Assembly: GCA_963933605.1 (NCBI GenBank)
Contig: CAWVVN010000001.1
Span: forward strand, 29,879 to 93,878
DNA: 64,000 bases
Reading direction: 5' to 3'
Source of the DNA: an uncultured Verrucomicrobiales bacterium
GTDB taxonomy: Bacteria > Verrucomicrobiota > Verrucomicrobiia > Verrucomicrobiales > Akkermansiaceae
The notes under the pieces are model-generated. The model saw only the letters and a list, made by a program, of their open reading frames with translations. It did no database searches and was not told the DNA's origin. Each line of letters opens with the position of its first letter. Positions within the stretch are counted from its first letter, which is position 1. Made by a program: the position numbers and the translations under genes. Positions 9,045 to 18,856 of this stretch are shown in pieces.

Positions 9045-9917
9045 ATGAACTCTTACCTGCTTGCATCTCGCCCTAAAACCTTGCCCGCCGCTATTGTGCC
9101 GGTATGGGTGGGATGCGTGCTGACGTATCGCCTGACTGGAGAGTGGCATGGATGGTTGGCGTTTTGCACGCTGATGGCGGCTATCTGGATTCAGGTAGCG
9201 ACGAACTTTTTTAATGATGCCATTGATTCCCAAAAAGGCGCCGATACGGATGCGCGTTTGGGACCGGTCAGGGCGACGGCTTCAGGCCAACTCTCAGTGA
9301 AAACGGTTTATATTGCGGCGCTGGTATGCCTGCTTTTTGCCGCGGCATTTGGCTTGCCTCTGTGCATAGCACGCGGCTGGCCGATGATTGCGATTGCGGT
9401 GCCCTCCTTTTACCTCACCTATGGATACACTGGGGGTCCGCTGCCTCTTGCTTACAAGGGGCTGGGTGAGTTGTTTGTGATTTTGTTTTTTGGTCTGGTG
9501 GCAGTGATGGGCACGGTCTTTGTCCAAACGGGGGTTTGGTATCTAGAGGCTTTGGTGACAGGTTTGGGCATCGGTTGTTTGTCGGCGGTGCTGATCTCGA
9601 TTAACAACCTGCGTGATGTGGATGAGGACAGATCAAACGCCAAAAACACACTGGCAGTGAAGTGGGGCAGGGATGCTGCGCTCAATATTGTCTTGGTGAT
9701 AAGCATCGTCGCCTACGCATGTGCTGTATGGTTGTTTGGTGCAGGGTTACACCTGCTCTATTTTCTGCCGGCATTGTTGCTTGGCGCGCTGATTATGGGC
9801 AGCATCTACAAACACCCTGCCGGAAAAATCTATAATAAGTTTCTCGCTATGTCTGCGCTTCAGTTGATTCTCTATGCGCTTGCGTTTACGGTGAATTGTA
9901 GCGCTTGGGTTCAATGA
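9045..9917 (+). CDS. menA: 1,4-dihydroxy-2-naphthoate prenyltransferase (UbiA family)
   Basis: ASRPKTLPAA, NFFNDAID...GAD, YTGGPLPLAYKGLGELFV and INNLRDVDED. Start moved to ATG 9045. Confidence 0.92.
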   Translation: MNSYLLASRPKTLPAAIVPVWVGCVLTYRLTGEWHGWLAFCTLMAAIWIQVATNFFNDAIDSQKGADTDARLGPVRATASGQLSVKTVYIAALVCLLFAAAFGLPLCIARGWPMIAIAVPSFYLTYGYTGGPLPLAYKGLGELFVILFFGLVAVMGTVFVQTGVWYLEALVTGLGIGCLSAVLISINNLRDVDEDRSNAKNTLAVKWGRDAALNIVLVISIVAYACAVWLFGAGLHLLYFLPALLLGALIMGSIYKHPAGKIYNKFLAMSALQLILYALAFTVNCSAWVQ

Positions 9918-10882
9918 AAAACAAACTTTCCATTCACCAGTATGTGATGCGCAGCAGGGGTTCGCTGAATGCGAAGTCGGTGCGTTGCGTTCATCGGGGT
10001 GCTTTGGTTCGAGTCGATCATGAGGAGGGGGTCGGATATGGCTGTATCCATCCGTGGCCGGAGCTGGGAGATAAGGATTTGGACCAAATACTGGCAATGC
10101 TGGCAGTGGGTGAGCATACGATTCTCAGTGCGAGAGCTTTGCAATGTGCACAAGCGGATGCTGCTGCACGGAGTCATGGTGTGAGCTTGTTTGATGGCCT
10201 TGTGGTGCCACGTAGTCATGCCACGCTGATGATGGATGAGGCTGGTTTTCAGGCTGCTGTCGAGGTTGGTTTTACTGCAGTGAAGGTCAAGGTTGGCAGA
10301 AACCCTGCGTTAGAGGCTGAATTTATTCGTGGGCAAGCGAGGCGGTTTCCTGAACTTTTGTGGAGGCTTGATTTTAATGGTGTGCTGGATGCTGAAGCCG
10401 TTGAGTCATTGCTCGCTGATTTGGGTGAGCAGGTGCGCGATAAGATTGATTTTTTAGAGGATGCCTTTTTGCCGAATAACACGCCGTGGATTAATGCCTT
10501 GGGGCCTTATGACATTCCGATGGCTGTAGACCGTGAGGTGGAGGATGCCTGTGGGGGCTATGGGGTGGCGGTCATTAAACCAGCGGTCAATGAGCTGGAG
10601 CCTATCTTGGAACGTGCCTCGGATGAGGGTAAACGAGTGGTGATTACCAGTTATATGGATCACCCTGTCGGGCAGAGCTTTGCGGCGTGGGAGGCAGCTA
10701 AGGCATATCAGTCTTTTCCAAATGTCGTTGATACCTGCGGGCTGATCACCCACGGTTTGTTTGAGCCGGATGAATTTAGCGCAGCCTTGGGCGAGCCTGG
10801 ACCAGATTTTAACCCTCCGCGTGGCACGGGTCTTGGCTTTGATGAGTTATTAAAAGCATTACCATGGAAACATCTGAGCTGA
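9914..10882 (+). CDS. menC: o-succinylbenzoate synthase (enolase superfamily)
   Basis: KVKVG, RLDFNG, FLEDAF, AVDRE, VIKP and VITSYMDHPVG. ATGA overlap with the menA stop; lies between menA and menE. Confidence 0.85.
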   Translation: MKNKLSIHQYVMRSRGSLNAKSVRCVHRGALVRVDHEEGVGYGCIHPWPELGDKDLDQILAMLAVGEHTILSARALQCAQADAAARSHGVSLFDGLVVPRSHATLMMDEAGFQAAVEVGFTAVKVKVGRNPALEAEFIRGQARRFPELLWRLDFNGVLDAEAVESLLADLGEQVRDKIDFLEDAFLPNNTPWINALGPYDIPMAVDREVEDACGGYGVAVIKPAVNELEPILERASDEGKRVVITSYMDHPVGQSFAAWEAAKAYQSFPNVVDTCGLITHGLFEPDEFSAALGEPGPDFNPPRGTGLGFDELLKALPWKHLS

Positions 10883-12018
10883 TATCTGCCGAGTTCTGGC
10901 AATCGGGACAATGCCGCATCATGGTCAATTCGCGTGACGCGGCAGCGGTGAAGGAGGCTCGCTTGATGGACTCATGGCTTAAGCAGCAGCCAGAATTATC
11001 GAGGCATCTTCTGTTTGCTACCTCGGGATCAAGTGGTGGTCGGAAATGGGTGGCGCTTTCCCGGGAGGCCTTATTGACATCAGCGGCAATGGTGAACCGA
11101 CATTTATCCGCAGGGGTGGATGACCGCTGGTTGATGGCATTGCCTGATTTTCATGTCGGCGGCATGGGCATAGGGGCCCGTTGTTATGACGCTGGCAGCG
11201 AGCTTGTGAAGCTGAGCGGTAAATGGGATCCCGAATTATACTATAGTACAATGGCCTCTGAGGATATCAGCCTATCATCGCTGGTGCCGGCACAGTTGTA
11301 TGATCTTGTGCAGCGTGAATTGTGCGCACCTCAAGGCTTGCGCGCTGTATTGATCGGCGGTGGGCGCTTAGGTGATGCTGTCTATGAGCGGGCAGTGGAG
11401 CTTGGCTGGCCGGTCATGGAGACTTACGGCATGACGGAGACGTGCTCTCAGGTGGCCACCACATCTGTAGGAAGTCGCGATTTGAAAATTCTACCAGGCT
11501 GGCAGGCCAAGCTGATCGACCATGACCGCTTGAGTATTAAAGGTGATGCCTTGCTGACGGGTTACGTGACCTGTGAGCACGATACATGTCAACTTGCTGA
11601 TCCCAAGCAAGATGGTTGGTTTGCCAGTGAAGATGTTGTTGAGCTGGAAGCGGGTAAGATTTCTATTAAGGGGCGGCTGGATCGCTGTGTGAAAGTGCTT
11701 GGTGAATTGGTCAATCTCTCTGAGCTGGAGGCAAAAATGGTCGACACGTTGGCCGTGCCCTTGCCGGAGCAGAGCTTTGCGGTGGTGGCTATCCAAGACC
11801 CAAGAAAAGGCTGCCGCTTGATACTCTGTGGCGACAAGTCGTTTGATCTAGAACAAGTGCGTAAGGACTACAACATGCAGTGTCACCCTGTCGAGAGACT
11901 CGATGGAGTATGTGCCTTATCAGAAATACCACGTAGCCCCTTGGGCAAGGTTCGCCATGGCTTACTAGCAAGCAAGGTAACAGGCCAACTAAAGCAAATG
12001 AAACAAAACGAGCGTTGA
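10864..12018 (+). CDS. menE: o-succinylbenzoate--CoA ligase (AMP-binding)
   Basis: FATSGSSGGRK, LPDFHVGG, ETYGMTETCSQVAT, GRLDRCVKVLGELV and PRSPLGK motifs. Overlaps the end of menC. Confidence 0.85.
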   Translation: METSELISAEFWQSGQCRIMVNSRDAAAVKEARLMDSWLKQQPELSRHLLFATSGSSGGRKWVALSREALLTSAAMVNRHLSAGVDDRWLMALPDFHVGGMGIGARCYDAGSELVKLSGKWDPELYYSTMASEDISLSSLVPAQLYDLVQRELCAPQGLRAVLIGGGRLGDAVYERAVELGWPVMETYGMTETCSQVATTSVGSRDLKILPGWQAKLIDHDRLSIKGDALLTGYVTCEHDTCQLADPKQDGWFASEDVVELEAGKISIKGRLDRCVKVLGELVNLSELEAKMVDTLAVPLPEQSFAVVAIQDPRKGCRLILCGDKSFDLEQVRKDYNMQCHPVERLDGVCALSEIPRSPLGKVRHGLLASKVTGQLKQMKQNER

Positions 12019-12113
12019 CGCAGTTGGGCGCAATATCTTAAGTTCGAGCAACCTACATTATATAGAGTAAAAAAGCTCTTTGATGTGGCTCTGACACCAC
12101 CCAACCTATCTTT

Positions 12114-13529
12114 GTGAATATTTTTTCATCTCGTCTTCGCCCTCTTTGTTCGGTCATCGCTTTTTCATCTGCGGTAATACTTATTTCAACCAGTGGCTGT
12201 GTCACCCTTCCCAAGGCGCCAAGTGGCCAGCAGCTTCTCAGCGCCAGCCTGCCCAATGCTGATCAGGTTAGAGGGCAGTGGGCATCTCGATCCAAGAAAG
12301 GTGGTGTTGATTCCGCATGGATCAAGTCCTTCAGAGACCCCGCACTTGAGTCTTATATTGGTGAGGTAGTCGCTGGCAATATAGAGCTAGGTGCAGCCCT
12401 CCATGCAGTAGAAGCTGCGGCCGCCAGCGCTCGCCAGGCTGGTGCTATGCTACGCCCGCAGCTTAACGCAGCGGGGAGTTCAAGCCACCTCAACCGCTCT
12501 GGCGGCAATGGCAGTGATAGCTCGGAGCTTAGCGCTCAACTTTCCTGGGAGCTAGACCTCTGGGGCAGGGTGCGAGCGGCGCGAGCGGCAGCAGGGGCTA
12601 ATTACCGAGCCACTGATGCTGAGTACCAAAATGCCCGTTTGTCACTTGCTGCTATGGCGGCTAAGGCTTGGTATCTGGCCACTGAGACGTATCAGCAGCT
12701 TGAGTTTGCTAGAGAAATTGTAGGCATCCAGCAAAAGCGCCTTGATCTGGTTACCATTAAGTTCGAGGAGGGAGAACTCAGCCCCAAAGAGAAACATCTA
12801 GCCGGCGCGGATCTTAATTCAGCCAAGGATCGACTGCAGCAAGTCTCTCTGGCTCATCGTAATGCGTTGCGCACGCTTGAAGTGCTTGCTGGTAAATATC
12901 CTGCCGCCAAGCAACAGATCGCACGGCGCTATGTGCCAATACCCCCAGCGGTTCCTGCTGGGGTTCCCTCAGCACTCATTGAGCGCCGACCTGATCTGAG
13001 GGCTGCTGGTGAGCGGGTAGCTGCTGCCTTTAATCTAGTCACCGAGGCGAAGGCCGCGCGCCTGCCGCGGATTAGTCTCACAGCGGCAGCGGGTCGCTCA
13101 AGCAATGACTTGCTTGACTTACTTGATCAGGGTCCCGGATTCTGGGCTGCAGGAGGCAATTTCATCGCTCCCATTTACCAAGGTGGAGCTCTGAAGGAGC
13201 AGGTGGCCGTTAGAACGGCGCAGCAAAAATCAGCTCTTGCCCTGTTTGGACAAAAGTCACTCAATGCATTCACGGAGGTTGAGACTGCGCTTGATGGTGA
13301 AGCTATTCTTACTAAGCGTGAAAGCTATCTCAAGGGGGCTCTGAATGATAACCAAGAGGCTCTCGATGTGGCCCAGAAACAATTTGATGCCGGTAAGCTA
13401 GACTTGCTCAGTGTGCTCCAGATGCAAGAGCGTGTGATCTCTTCTAAGATCGCTTGGATTAATATCCGCAACACGCGCCTCGCGCAGAGGATCGAGCTTC
13501 ACCTCGCTCTCGGGGGTAGCTTTGAGTAA
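12114..13529 (+). CDS. NodT/OprM family RND outer-membrane lipoprotein
   Basis: Lipobox ISTSGC, SWELDLWGRVR, VPAGVPSALIERRPDLRAA and LHLALGGSF. Confidence 0.92.
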   Translation: MNIFSSRLRPLCSVIAFSSAVILISTSGCVTLPKAPSGQQLLSASLPNADQVRGQWASRSKKGGVDSAWIKSFRDPALESYIGEVVAGNIELGAALHAVEAAAASARQAGAMLRPQLNAAGSSSHLNRSGGNGSDSSELSAQLSWELDLWGRVRAARAAAGANYRATDAEYQNARLSLAAMAAKAWYLATETYQQLEFAREIVGIQQKRLDLVTIKFEEGELSPKEKHLAGADLNSAKDRLQQVSLAHRNALRTLEVLAGKYPAAKQQIARRYVPIPPAVPAGVPSALIERRPDLRAAGERVAAAFNLVTEAKAARLPRISLTAAAGRSSNDLLDLLDQGPGFWAAGGNFIAPIYQGGALKEQVAVRTAQQKSALALFGQKSLNAFTEVETALDGEAILTKRESYLKGALNDNQEALDVAQKQFDAGKLDLLSVLQMQERVISSKIAWINIRNTRLAQRIELHLALGGSFE

Positions 13530-13595
13530 ACCAATACCAGCTATTAGGCGGTCACACATTGATCACCACTCGTTATAACCAAGATACCATTTATT

Positions 13596-14723
13596 ATGAA
13601 AATAACATTCAAAATTCTACATGTAGCCACCAAGGCTCGCCCTACTTCCCCTAAAGTGCTTACTGCTGCGGTCCTCGCGACGGCATTGCTTGGCGCCTGT
13701 GGCAAGAAGGAAACGGCGAAGCAGGATGATTACATCAGGTCGGTGAAGGTGGTTGAAATCGATTCCTCCGTGTTAGAACGTGTCTATGAGTTCCCCGGTC
13801 AGATTCAGGCGGGTCAGCAGCTCGATCTAGCTTTTGAAGTGCCGGGCAAGCTTACTACAATTAAAGTGAAGGAGGGTGATATGGTTAAAAAGGGCGATCT
13901 TGTGGCAACCCTTGATACTCGTGATTATCAGGCTTCGCTGAATTCAGCCAAGGCGACTCTGGAAGAGGCTAAGCTGGAAAGAGATCGTAACCAGAGGCTC
14001 TTTGATCAGCAGGCAGGCTCGAAGGAGTCGGTGGAGAAATCTATCCGTACGGTGCAAACTGCGCAGGCGAGCTTCGACAAGACAAAGAAGGCGTTCGAGG
14101 ATACCAGCCTGAAAGCTCCCTTTTCAGGGGTGGTTGCGAAGGTGTTTGTGGATGATTTTCAGAACGTAAGCGCGAATCAGAATATCGTGGTGATGCAGGA
14201 TACGACGACTTTTGAGGCGGTAATCGATATCCCAGAGACTCTCTGGGTGCTCGCCAAACCAGGACTGAGCAATGAAGAGCGTAACAAGCGCTCCCGCCCA
14301 GAGATTCGCCTGACAGCCCTACGCGGTGAGAGCTTTCCGGCAACGATCTCAGAAACCTCTATGCTGGCAGATCCAAAGACCCGGACCTTTGCGGTAACTC
14401 TCGCTTTTTCTCCTCCTGCAGATCTCAACATCAGCCCGGGCATGACCGCGGCAGCAATTCTTCACTGGGCCCGCGAGGCAGAAGGAGGGGTAGCTACCTT
14501 CTCCGTTCCAGTGGGGGCTGTTGGCTTTGATGAGGCAGGTAAGGCTTATGTCTGGAAAATCGACGGGGAGAAAATGATCGCAAGCCGGCTTGTCGTCGAG
14601 GCGGGAGAGGTGACTGACGACATGATTGGCATTTCTGGTGAGCTCGCAGAGGGTGAGCTGATTGCCGGATCGGGTGTTGCTCAAATACGTGAGGGCATGG
14701 CACTCAAACGTTGGCAGCCATAA
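13596..14723 (+). CDS. RND efflux periplasmic adaptor (MFP) lipoprotein
   Basis: Lipobox ALLGAC, LAFEVPGKL..IKVKEGD.VKKGD, LKAPFSGVV and SPGMTA. Confidence 0.9.
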   Translation: MKITFKILHVATKARPTSPKVLTAAVLATALLGACGKKETAKQDDYIRSVKVVEIDSSVLERVYEFPGQIQAGQQLDLAFEVPGKLTTIKVKEGDMVKKGDLVATLDTRDYQASLNSAKATLEEAKLERDRNQRLFDQQAGSKESVEKSIRTVQTAQASFDKTKKAFEDTSLKAPFSGVVAKVFVDDFQNVSANQNIVVMQDTTTFEAVIDIPETLWVLAKPGLSNEERNKRSRPEIRLTALRGESFPATISETSMLADPKTRTFAVTLAFSPPADLNISPGMTAAAILHWAREAEGGVATFSVPVGAVGFDEAGKAYVWKIDGEKMIASRLVVEAGEVTDDMIGISGELAEGELIAGSGVAQIREGMALKRWQP

Positions 14724-14764
14724 TCACCTAAGAAGCCAATTACTAACGATCCATTCCCATCCCT

Positions 14765-17700
14765 ATGAATATCGCAAAGTTAAGTATCGAGCGAAAGACA
14801 ATCACCCTTGTGCTCACCGCGGCGCTGGTGCTTGGAGGTGTCATCGGCTACCAGAACATGAGCCGCCTTGAGGACCCTGAGTTCACCATCAAGGACGCCC
14901 TGGTCATCACCCCGTATGCGGGAGCCACTGCCCGTGAGGTGGAGGAAGAGGTCTCCGATGAGATGGAGGTGGCGGTGCAGAAGATGTCCCAGCTGGATGA
15001 AGTCAAATCCCGCTCGGAGCGTGGTCTTTCCACGCTGACGGTCACCATGCAGGAAAAGTATGATAAGTCCTCTCTTCCCCAAATCTGGGATGAGCTGCGC
15101 CGCAAGGTGCATGATGCTCAGAGCAGCTTGCCACCCGGAGCGGGGCCCTCTATTGTGGTGGATGATTACGGTGACGTTTACGGGGTTTTTATTGTTTTCT
15201 ATGGTGATGGATATTCCTATGCGGAACTTAAAAAAGTCACCGATATGCTGCGGCGTGAGCTTTTGCTGGTAGAAGACGTTGCCAAAATCGATAGCTTTGG
15301 AGAGCGCAAAGAAGCGGTATATATTGAGCTCGACCGAGATCGCATCGCTCAACTTGGGGTTCCTCCTTCCCTCATTATCAAGGAGCTGCAATCGAAGAAC
15401 TTGGTCAGTGATGCGGGCCGAGCCAAAGTGGGTGCTGAGTTCATTACCCTTAACCCTACCGGAGAATACACCACGGTGGATGATTTTAACGGCTTACTAC
15501 TCAATGCGGATGATAAGCAATTCTACTTGCGGGACGTGGGTAAAGTAACGCGTGGCTACGTGGACCCATACAATAACGCTATTATCTATGATGGTAAGAA
15601 TGCCGTCGGGCTCGGGATTTCAACGGTGTCAGGAGGTAATGTAGTCACGATGGGGGCTGCCCTTGAGGCTCGACTCATGGAACTACGGCCGAATATCCCT
15701 CTGGGGGTTAAGGTTGGAGTAGTATCTCTGCAGTCCGAGGCGGTTAAGATTGCGATTAAAGGATTTATCGTAAGTTTGTTAGAGGCAGTGGCTATTGTCG
15801 TTGTGGTTTTGCTTTTCTTCATGGGGGCACGCAGTGGCCTCCTCATTGGTGCGGTACTTGCTATCACCATTATTGGTTCTCTTTTCTTCTTAGAGCGCAT
15901 GGGCGTGGCTTTAGAGCGTATATCGCTGGGGGCTCTTATCATTGCTCTGGGTATGCTGGTCGATAACGCCATCGTGGTGGTCGACGGTATCTTAGTTGGT
16001 CTTCAAAAAGGCAAAAAGCCGGTGGATGCTGCGATCGATGTGGTCAAGCAGTCGGCCATACCTTTGTTAGGTGCAACCATCATTGCGATCATGGCTTTCG
16101 CTGCGATTGGCACCTCTCAGGATTCGACGGGTGAGTTCTGCCGCTCGCTTTTTCAGGTGATCATGGTCTCGCTGCTGCTGAGTTGGGTGACTGCCGTAAC
16201 CCTCACGCCTCTGCTTGGAACGATGTTTCTTAAAAGGGCTAAAACAAAAAAAGTGGCCAAAGGGGAGGACGTTGAACTCGCACAGGATGAGCCGCAGCAT
16301 GAGGATCCCTACGATACGCCGTTCTACCGCCGCTACCGAGGCCTGCTTACCACATGCATCCGCTTCCGTTGGGTCACGGTGGCTGCCGTTGCCGGTATTT
16401 TTGTGACCGCGGTATTTGGTTTTGGATTCGTGAAGCAGAGCTTCTTCCCGCCATCAACAAGGCCGCAGTTCATGGTTGATCTCTGGCTTCCACAGGGCAC
16501 TCATATTGAGCAAACCGAAGCAAAGGCCAAGGAGCTTGAGGCCGGGGTCAGGAAGATGGAGGGGGTCAGTCACGTATCAAGCCTGATCGGTCAAGGTGGG
16601 TTGCGTTTTCTCCTGACTTACTCGCCTGAGCGCAAGAACTCGTCGTACGCTCAGCTTCTCGTTGACGTTGAAGATGCTACTCACGTCGACAAGCTTATTC
16701 CTAAAGTTGATGCCTATATAAAACAGAATTTTCCCGATACTTTGGGGTATGGCTACAAGTTTGAGCTGGGGCCAGGGTCGAAAGGGAAAATTCAGGCGCA
16801 ATTCATCGGGCCCGACAGTGATATACTGCGCAATCTTGCCAATCAAGCGCGTGACATCATGGAGGCAAACTCCAAAGCTAAAGCTGTAAGGACTGACTGG
16901 CGTCAGCGGACCAAAGTTATCCGACCGGTGATTATCGAGGAACAGGCTAATCTTATGGGCATTGATCGCAAGGAGATCGCTGATGCGGTTAGGCGTGCCT
17001 TTCAGGGGCAGGCGATCGGAGTTTATCGTGAGGGGGATCTGTTACTGCCCATGATCATGCGCGCGCCTGAACTCGAACGCGACAATATTGACTCGCTGAG
17101 AAGTATCCAGATTTGGAGCTGGTCTGCGCGCCAGCATATTCCGATTACTGAGGTAGTGTCAGGGTTTGAAACCAGCTATGAAGATGAGATCATTATCCGC
17201 GAGGACAGAAAGCGCACCATAACGACCTTCTGCGATCCTAGCTCAGGAACGGCCAATGATCTGCTCGCTGAGCTGATGCCGAAAATCGAGGACATTGAGT
17301 TGCCCGATGGTTACCAGCTGCACTGGGCTGGTGAGTATGAGGACTCGGGCGAGGCCCAGGGATCTCTGATGGCAAGTATTCCTGTGTTCATCGGCTTGAT
17401 GATTCTGGCAACCATTTGCCTGTTTAATAATTTGCGCCAGCCTTTGGTGATATGGCTCTGTGTGCCATTGGCTCTGATTGGTGTTTCCGCCGGACTCTTG
17501 TCCACCGGTCAGCCGTTTGGCTTTATGGCGCTGCTTGGTTTCCTCAGCCTCTCTGGAATGTTGATTAAAAATGCCATCGTGCTCATCGACGAGATCAATG
17601 CCCAGCTGGCCTCGGGAGCCGGCCCGATGGAGGCCATTCTCGCCTCGGGAACGAGTAGATTGCGTCCCGTTGCTATGGCGGCTTCCACCACAGCTCTGGG

Positions 17701-17833
17701 TATGCTGCCCTTGTTCTTCGATGCTTTCTTTGTCTCCATGGCGGTGACCATCGTCTTCGGTCTAGTCTGTGCAACGGTGTTGACGATGATTGTGGTTCCC
17801 GTCTTTTATGCAATCGTCTACCGGATCAAATAA
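14765..17833 (+). CDS. AcrB/AcrD/AcrF family RND permease (1022 aa)
   Basis: EDPEFTIKDALVIT, IIALGMLVDNAIVVVD, GMLIKNAIVLIDEI and RLRPVAMAASTTALGMLPL. Confidence 0.93.
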   Translation: MNIAKLSIERKTITLVLTAALVLGGVIGYQNMSRLEDPEFTIKDALVITPYAGATAREVEEEVSDEMEVAVQKMSQLDEVKSRSERGLSTLTVTMQEKYDKSSLPQIWDELRRKVHDAQSSLPPGAGPSIVVDDYGDVYGVFIVFYGDGYSYAELKKVTDMLRRELLLVEDVAKIDSFGERKEAVYIELDRDRIAQLGVPPSLIIKELQSKNLVSDAGRAKVGAEFITLNPTGEYTTVDDFNGLLLNADDKQFYLRDVGKVTRGYVDPYNNAIIYDGKNAVGLGISTVSGGNVVTMGAALEARLMELRPNIPLGVKVGVVSLQSEAVKIAIKGFIVSLLEAVAIVVVVLLFFMGARSGLLIGAVLAITIIGSLFFLERMGVALERISLGALIIALGMLVDNAIVVVDGILVGLQKGKKPVDAAIDVVKQSAIPLLGATIIAIMAFAAIGTSQDSTGEFCRSLFQVIMVSLLLSWVTAVTLTPLLGTMFLKRAKTKKVAKGEDVELAQDEPQHEDPYDTPFYRRYRGLLTTCIRFRWVTVAAVAGIFVTAVFGFGFVKQSFFPPSTRPQFMVDLWLPQGTHIEQTEAKAKELEAGVRKMEGVSHVSSLIGQGGLRFLLTYSPERKNSSYAQLLVDVEDATHVDKLIPKVDAYIKQNFPDTLGYGYKFELGPGSKGKIQAQFIGPDSDILRNLANQARDIMEANSKAKAVRTDWRQRTKVIRPVIIEEQANLMGIDRKEIADAVRRAFQGQAIGVYREGDLLLPMIMRAPELERDNIDSLRSIQIWSWSARQHIPITEVVSGFETSYEDEIIIREDRKRTITTFCDPSSGTANDLLAELMPKIEDIELPDGYQLHWAGEYEDSGEAQGSLMASIPVFIGLMILATICLFNNLRQPLVIWLCVPLALIGVSAGLLSTGQPFGFMALLGFLSLSGMLIKNAIVLIDEINAQLASGAGPMEAILASGTSRLRPVAMAASTTALGMLPLFFDAFFVSMAVTIVFGLVCATVLTMIVVPVFYAIVYRIK

Positions 17834-17844
17834 AGTTATCTGCC

Positions 17845-18525
17845 ATGTCCACTCTGAGCGAACTTCCTAAAAAAATCGGCCGGCACACCTTGTTGCTGAT
17901 TTGCTTGCTTGCCACGATGATTGGGCTGCCGTTGCTTGAGCACTTGCCAGCCGGCCGGATACTGCTCAGCATATGGTTTTTGATGACTTCAGCAGTGTTG
18001 CTGGCCTCTCTCTCTGGCAGGGGGCGCCAGCATCGTATTCTTTTTGTGGCCGGAGGAATCTTCTTTTTTTTGCTGCTCGCTAACTTAGTGATTCAGGCAA
18101 TGGGCTGGAGTTCGGCAGGCATTCAAATGATCGCCCTGCCTTACGGCTTGATTTTTCTCTCTTGGGTCACGGGGTTTATTCTTTTTTCCATATTGAAAGC
18201 TGAACGGGTCACTGCCGATTTGGTCTTCGGCGCTGTAGCTGCGTATCTGCTCCTTGGTATTTGCTGGGGTGGGCTTTACGCCCTTATTGAGATAACTCAT
18301 CCAGGATCGTTTTCCTTCGGAGAGGGGGCCAAAGAGTTCTCTTCACTTTTCTATTATAGCTTTGTCACTCTAACGACCCTTGGTTACGGGGACATCTTGC
18401 CGCTGAGCAAAATTGCCAGAACAGCGGCTTACCTAGAGGCGGTTACTGGTGTTATGTTTACTGCCATACTCATCGCCGGTCTGGTGGGAAGCGCTCGCAT
18501 GGGTCGAACGAAGGGCGAAGAGTGA
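17845..18525 (+). CDS. Potassium-channel family protein (Ion_trans_2 pore domain)
   Basis: Pore loop FYYSFVTLTTLGYGDILP, preceded by 4-5 TM helices. Confidence 0.85.
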   Translation: MSTLSELPKKIGRHTLLLICLLATMIGLPLLEHLPAGRILLSIWFLMTSAVLLASLSGRGRQHRILFVAGGIFFFLLLANLVIQAMGWSSAGIQMIALPYGLIFLSWVTGFILFSILKAERVTADLVFGAVAAYLLLGICWGGLYALIEITHPGSFSFGEGAKEFSSLFYYSFVTLTTLGYGDILPLSKIARTAAYLEAVTGVMFTAILIAGLVGSARMGRTKGEE

Positions 18526-18670
18526 GCCGGCGGCTGGTGCATGATGGGGCTGCATGATTGTTCGCCATATTCTCAAATCGAGTCTGTTAGGCTGGTGGTG
18601 AAAAAAAGGATTGCCATCATCCGGAGAAGGCGTAATAATTAAGGTATCTTGATATTTAATTCACAAGATT

Positions 18671-18688
18671 ATTCATTGTTCAATGAAT
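18671..18688. promoter_or_regulatory. Inverted repeat ATTCATTG-TT-CAATGAAT, candidate transcription-factor operator upstream of PhoH2
   Basis: Two perfect 8-bp arms with a 2-nt spacer, in AT-rich intergenic DNA. Confidence 0.4.
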
Positions 18689-18856
18689 CTGTAATCCTAA
18701 CTCGCGGAGGAGTATTTGGAGACTCTCGATGCAAAAGCATCAACTGCGGAAACTTGTACTCACGCATTCGTGATCACGGATGGCAGCCGATAAAGTGGGC
18801 GGCTGTTGTCTGTAGTAAATTCACCCGCCACTTCACCGTCGTTAACCAACAACCCA

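Noticed and set aside
18700-18770. c-di-GMP-I riboswitch suggested by GATGCAAAAGCATC
   Set aside because: The upstream GGCAAAC/GNRA tetraloop-receptor architecture is missing; only a simple hairpin is supported.
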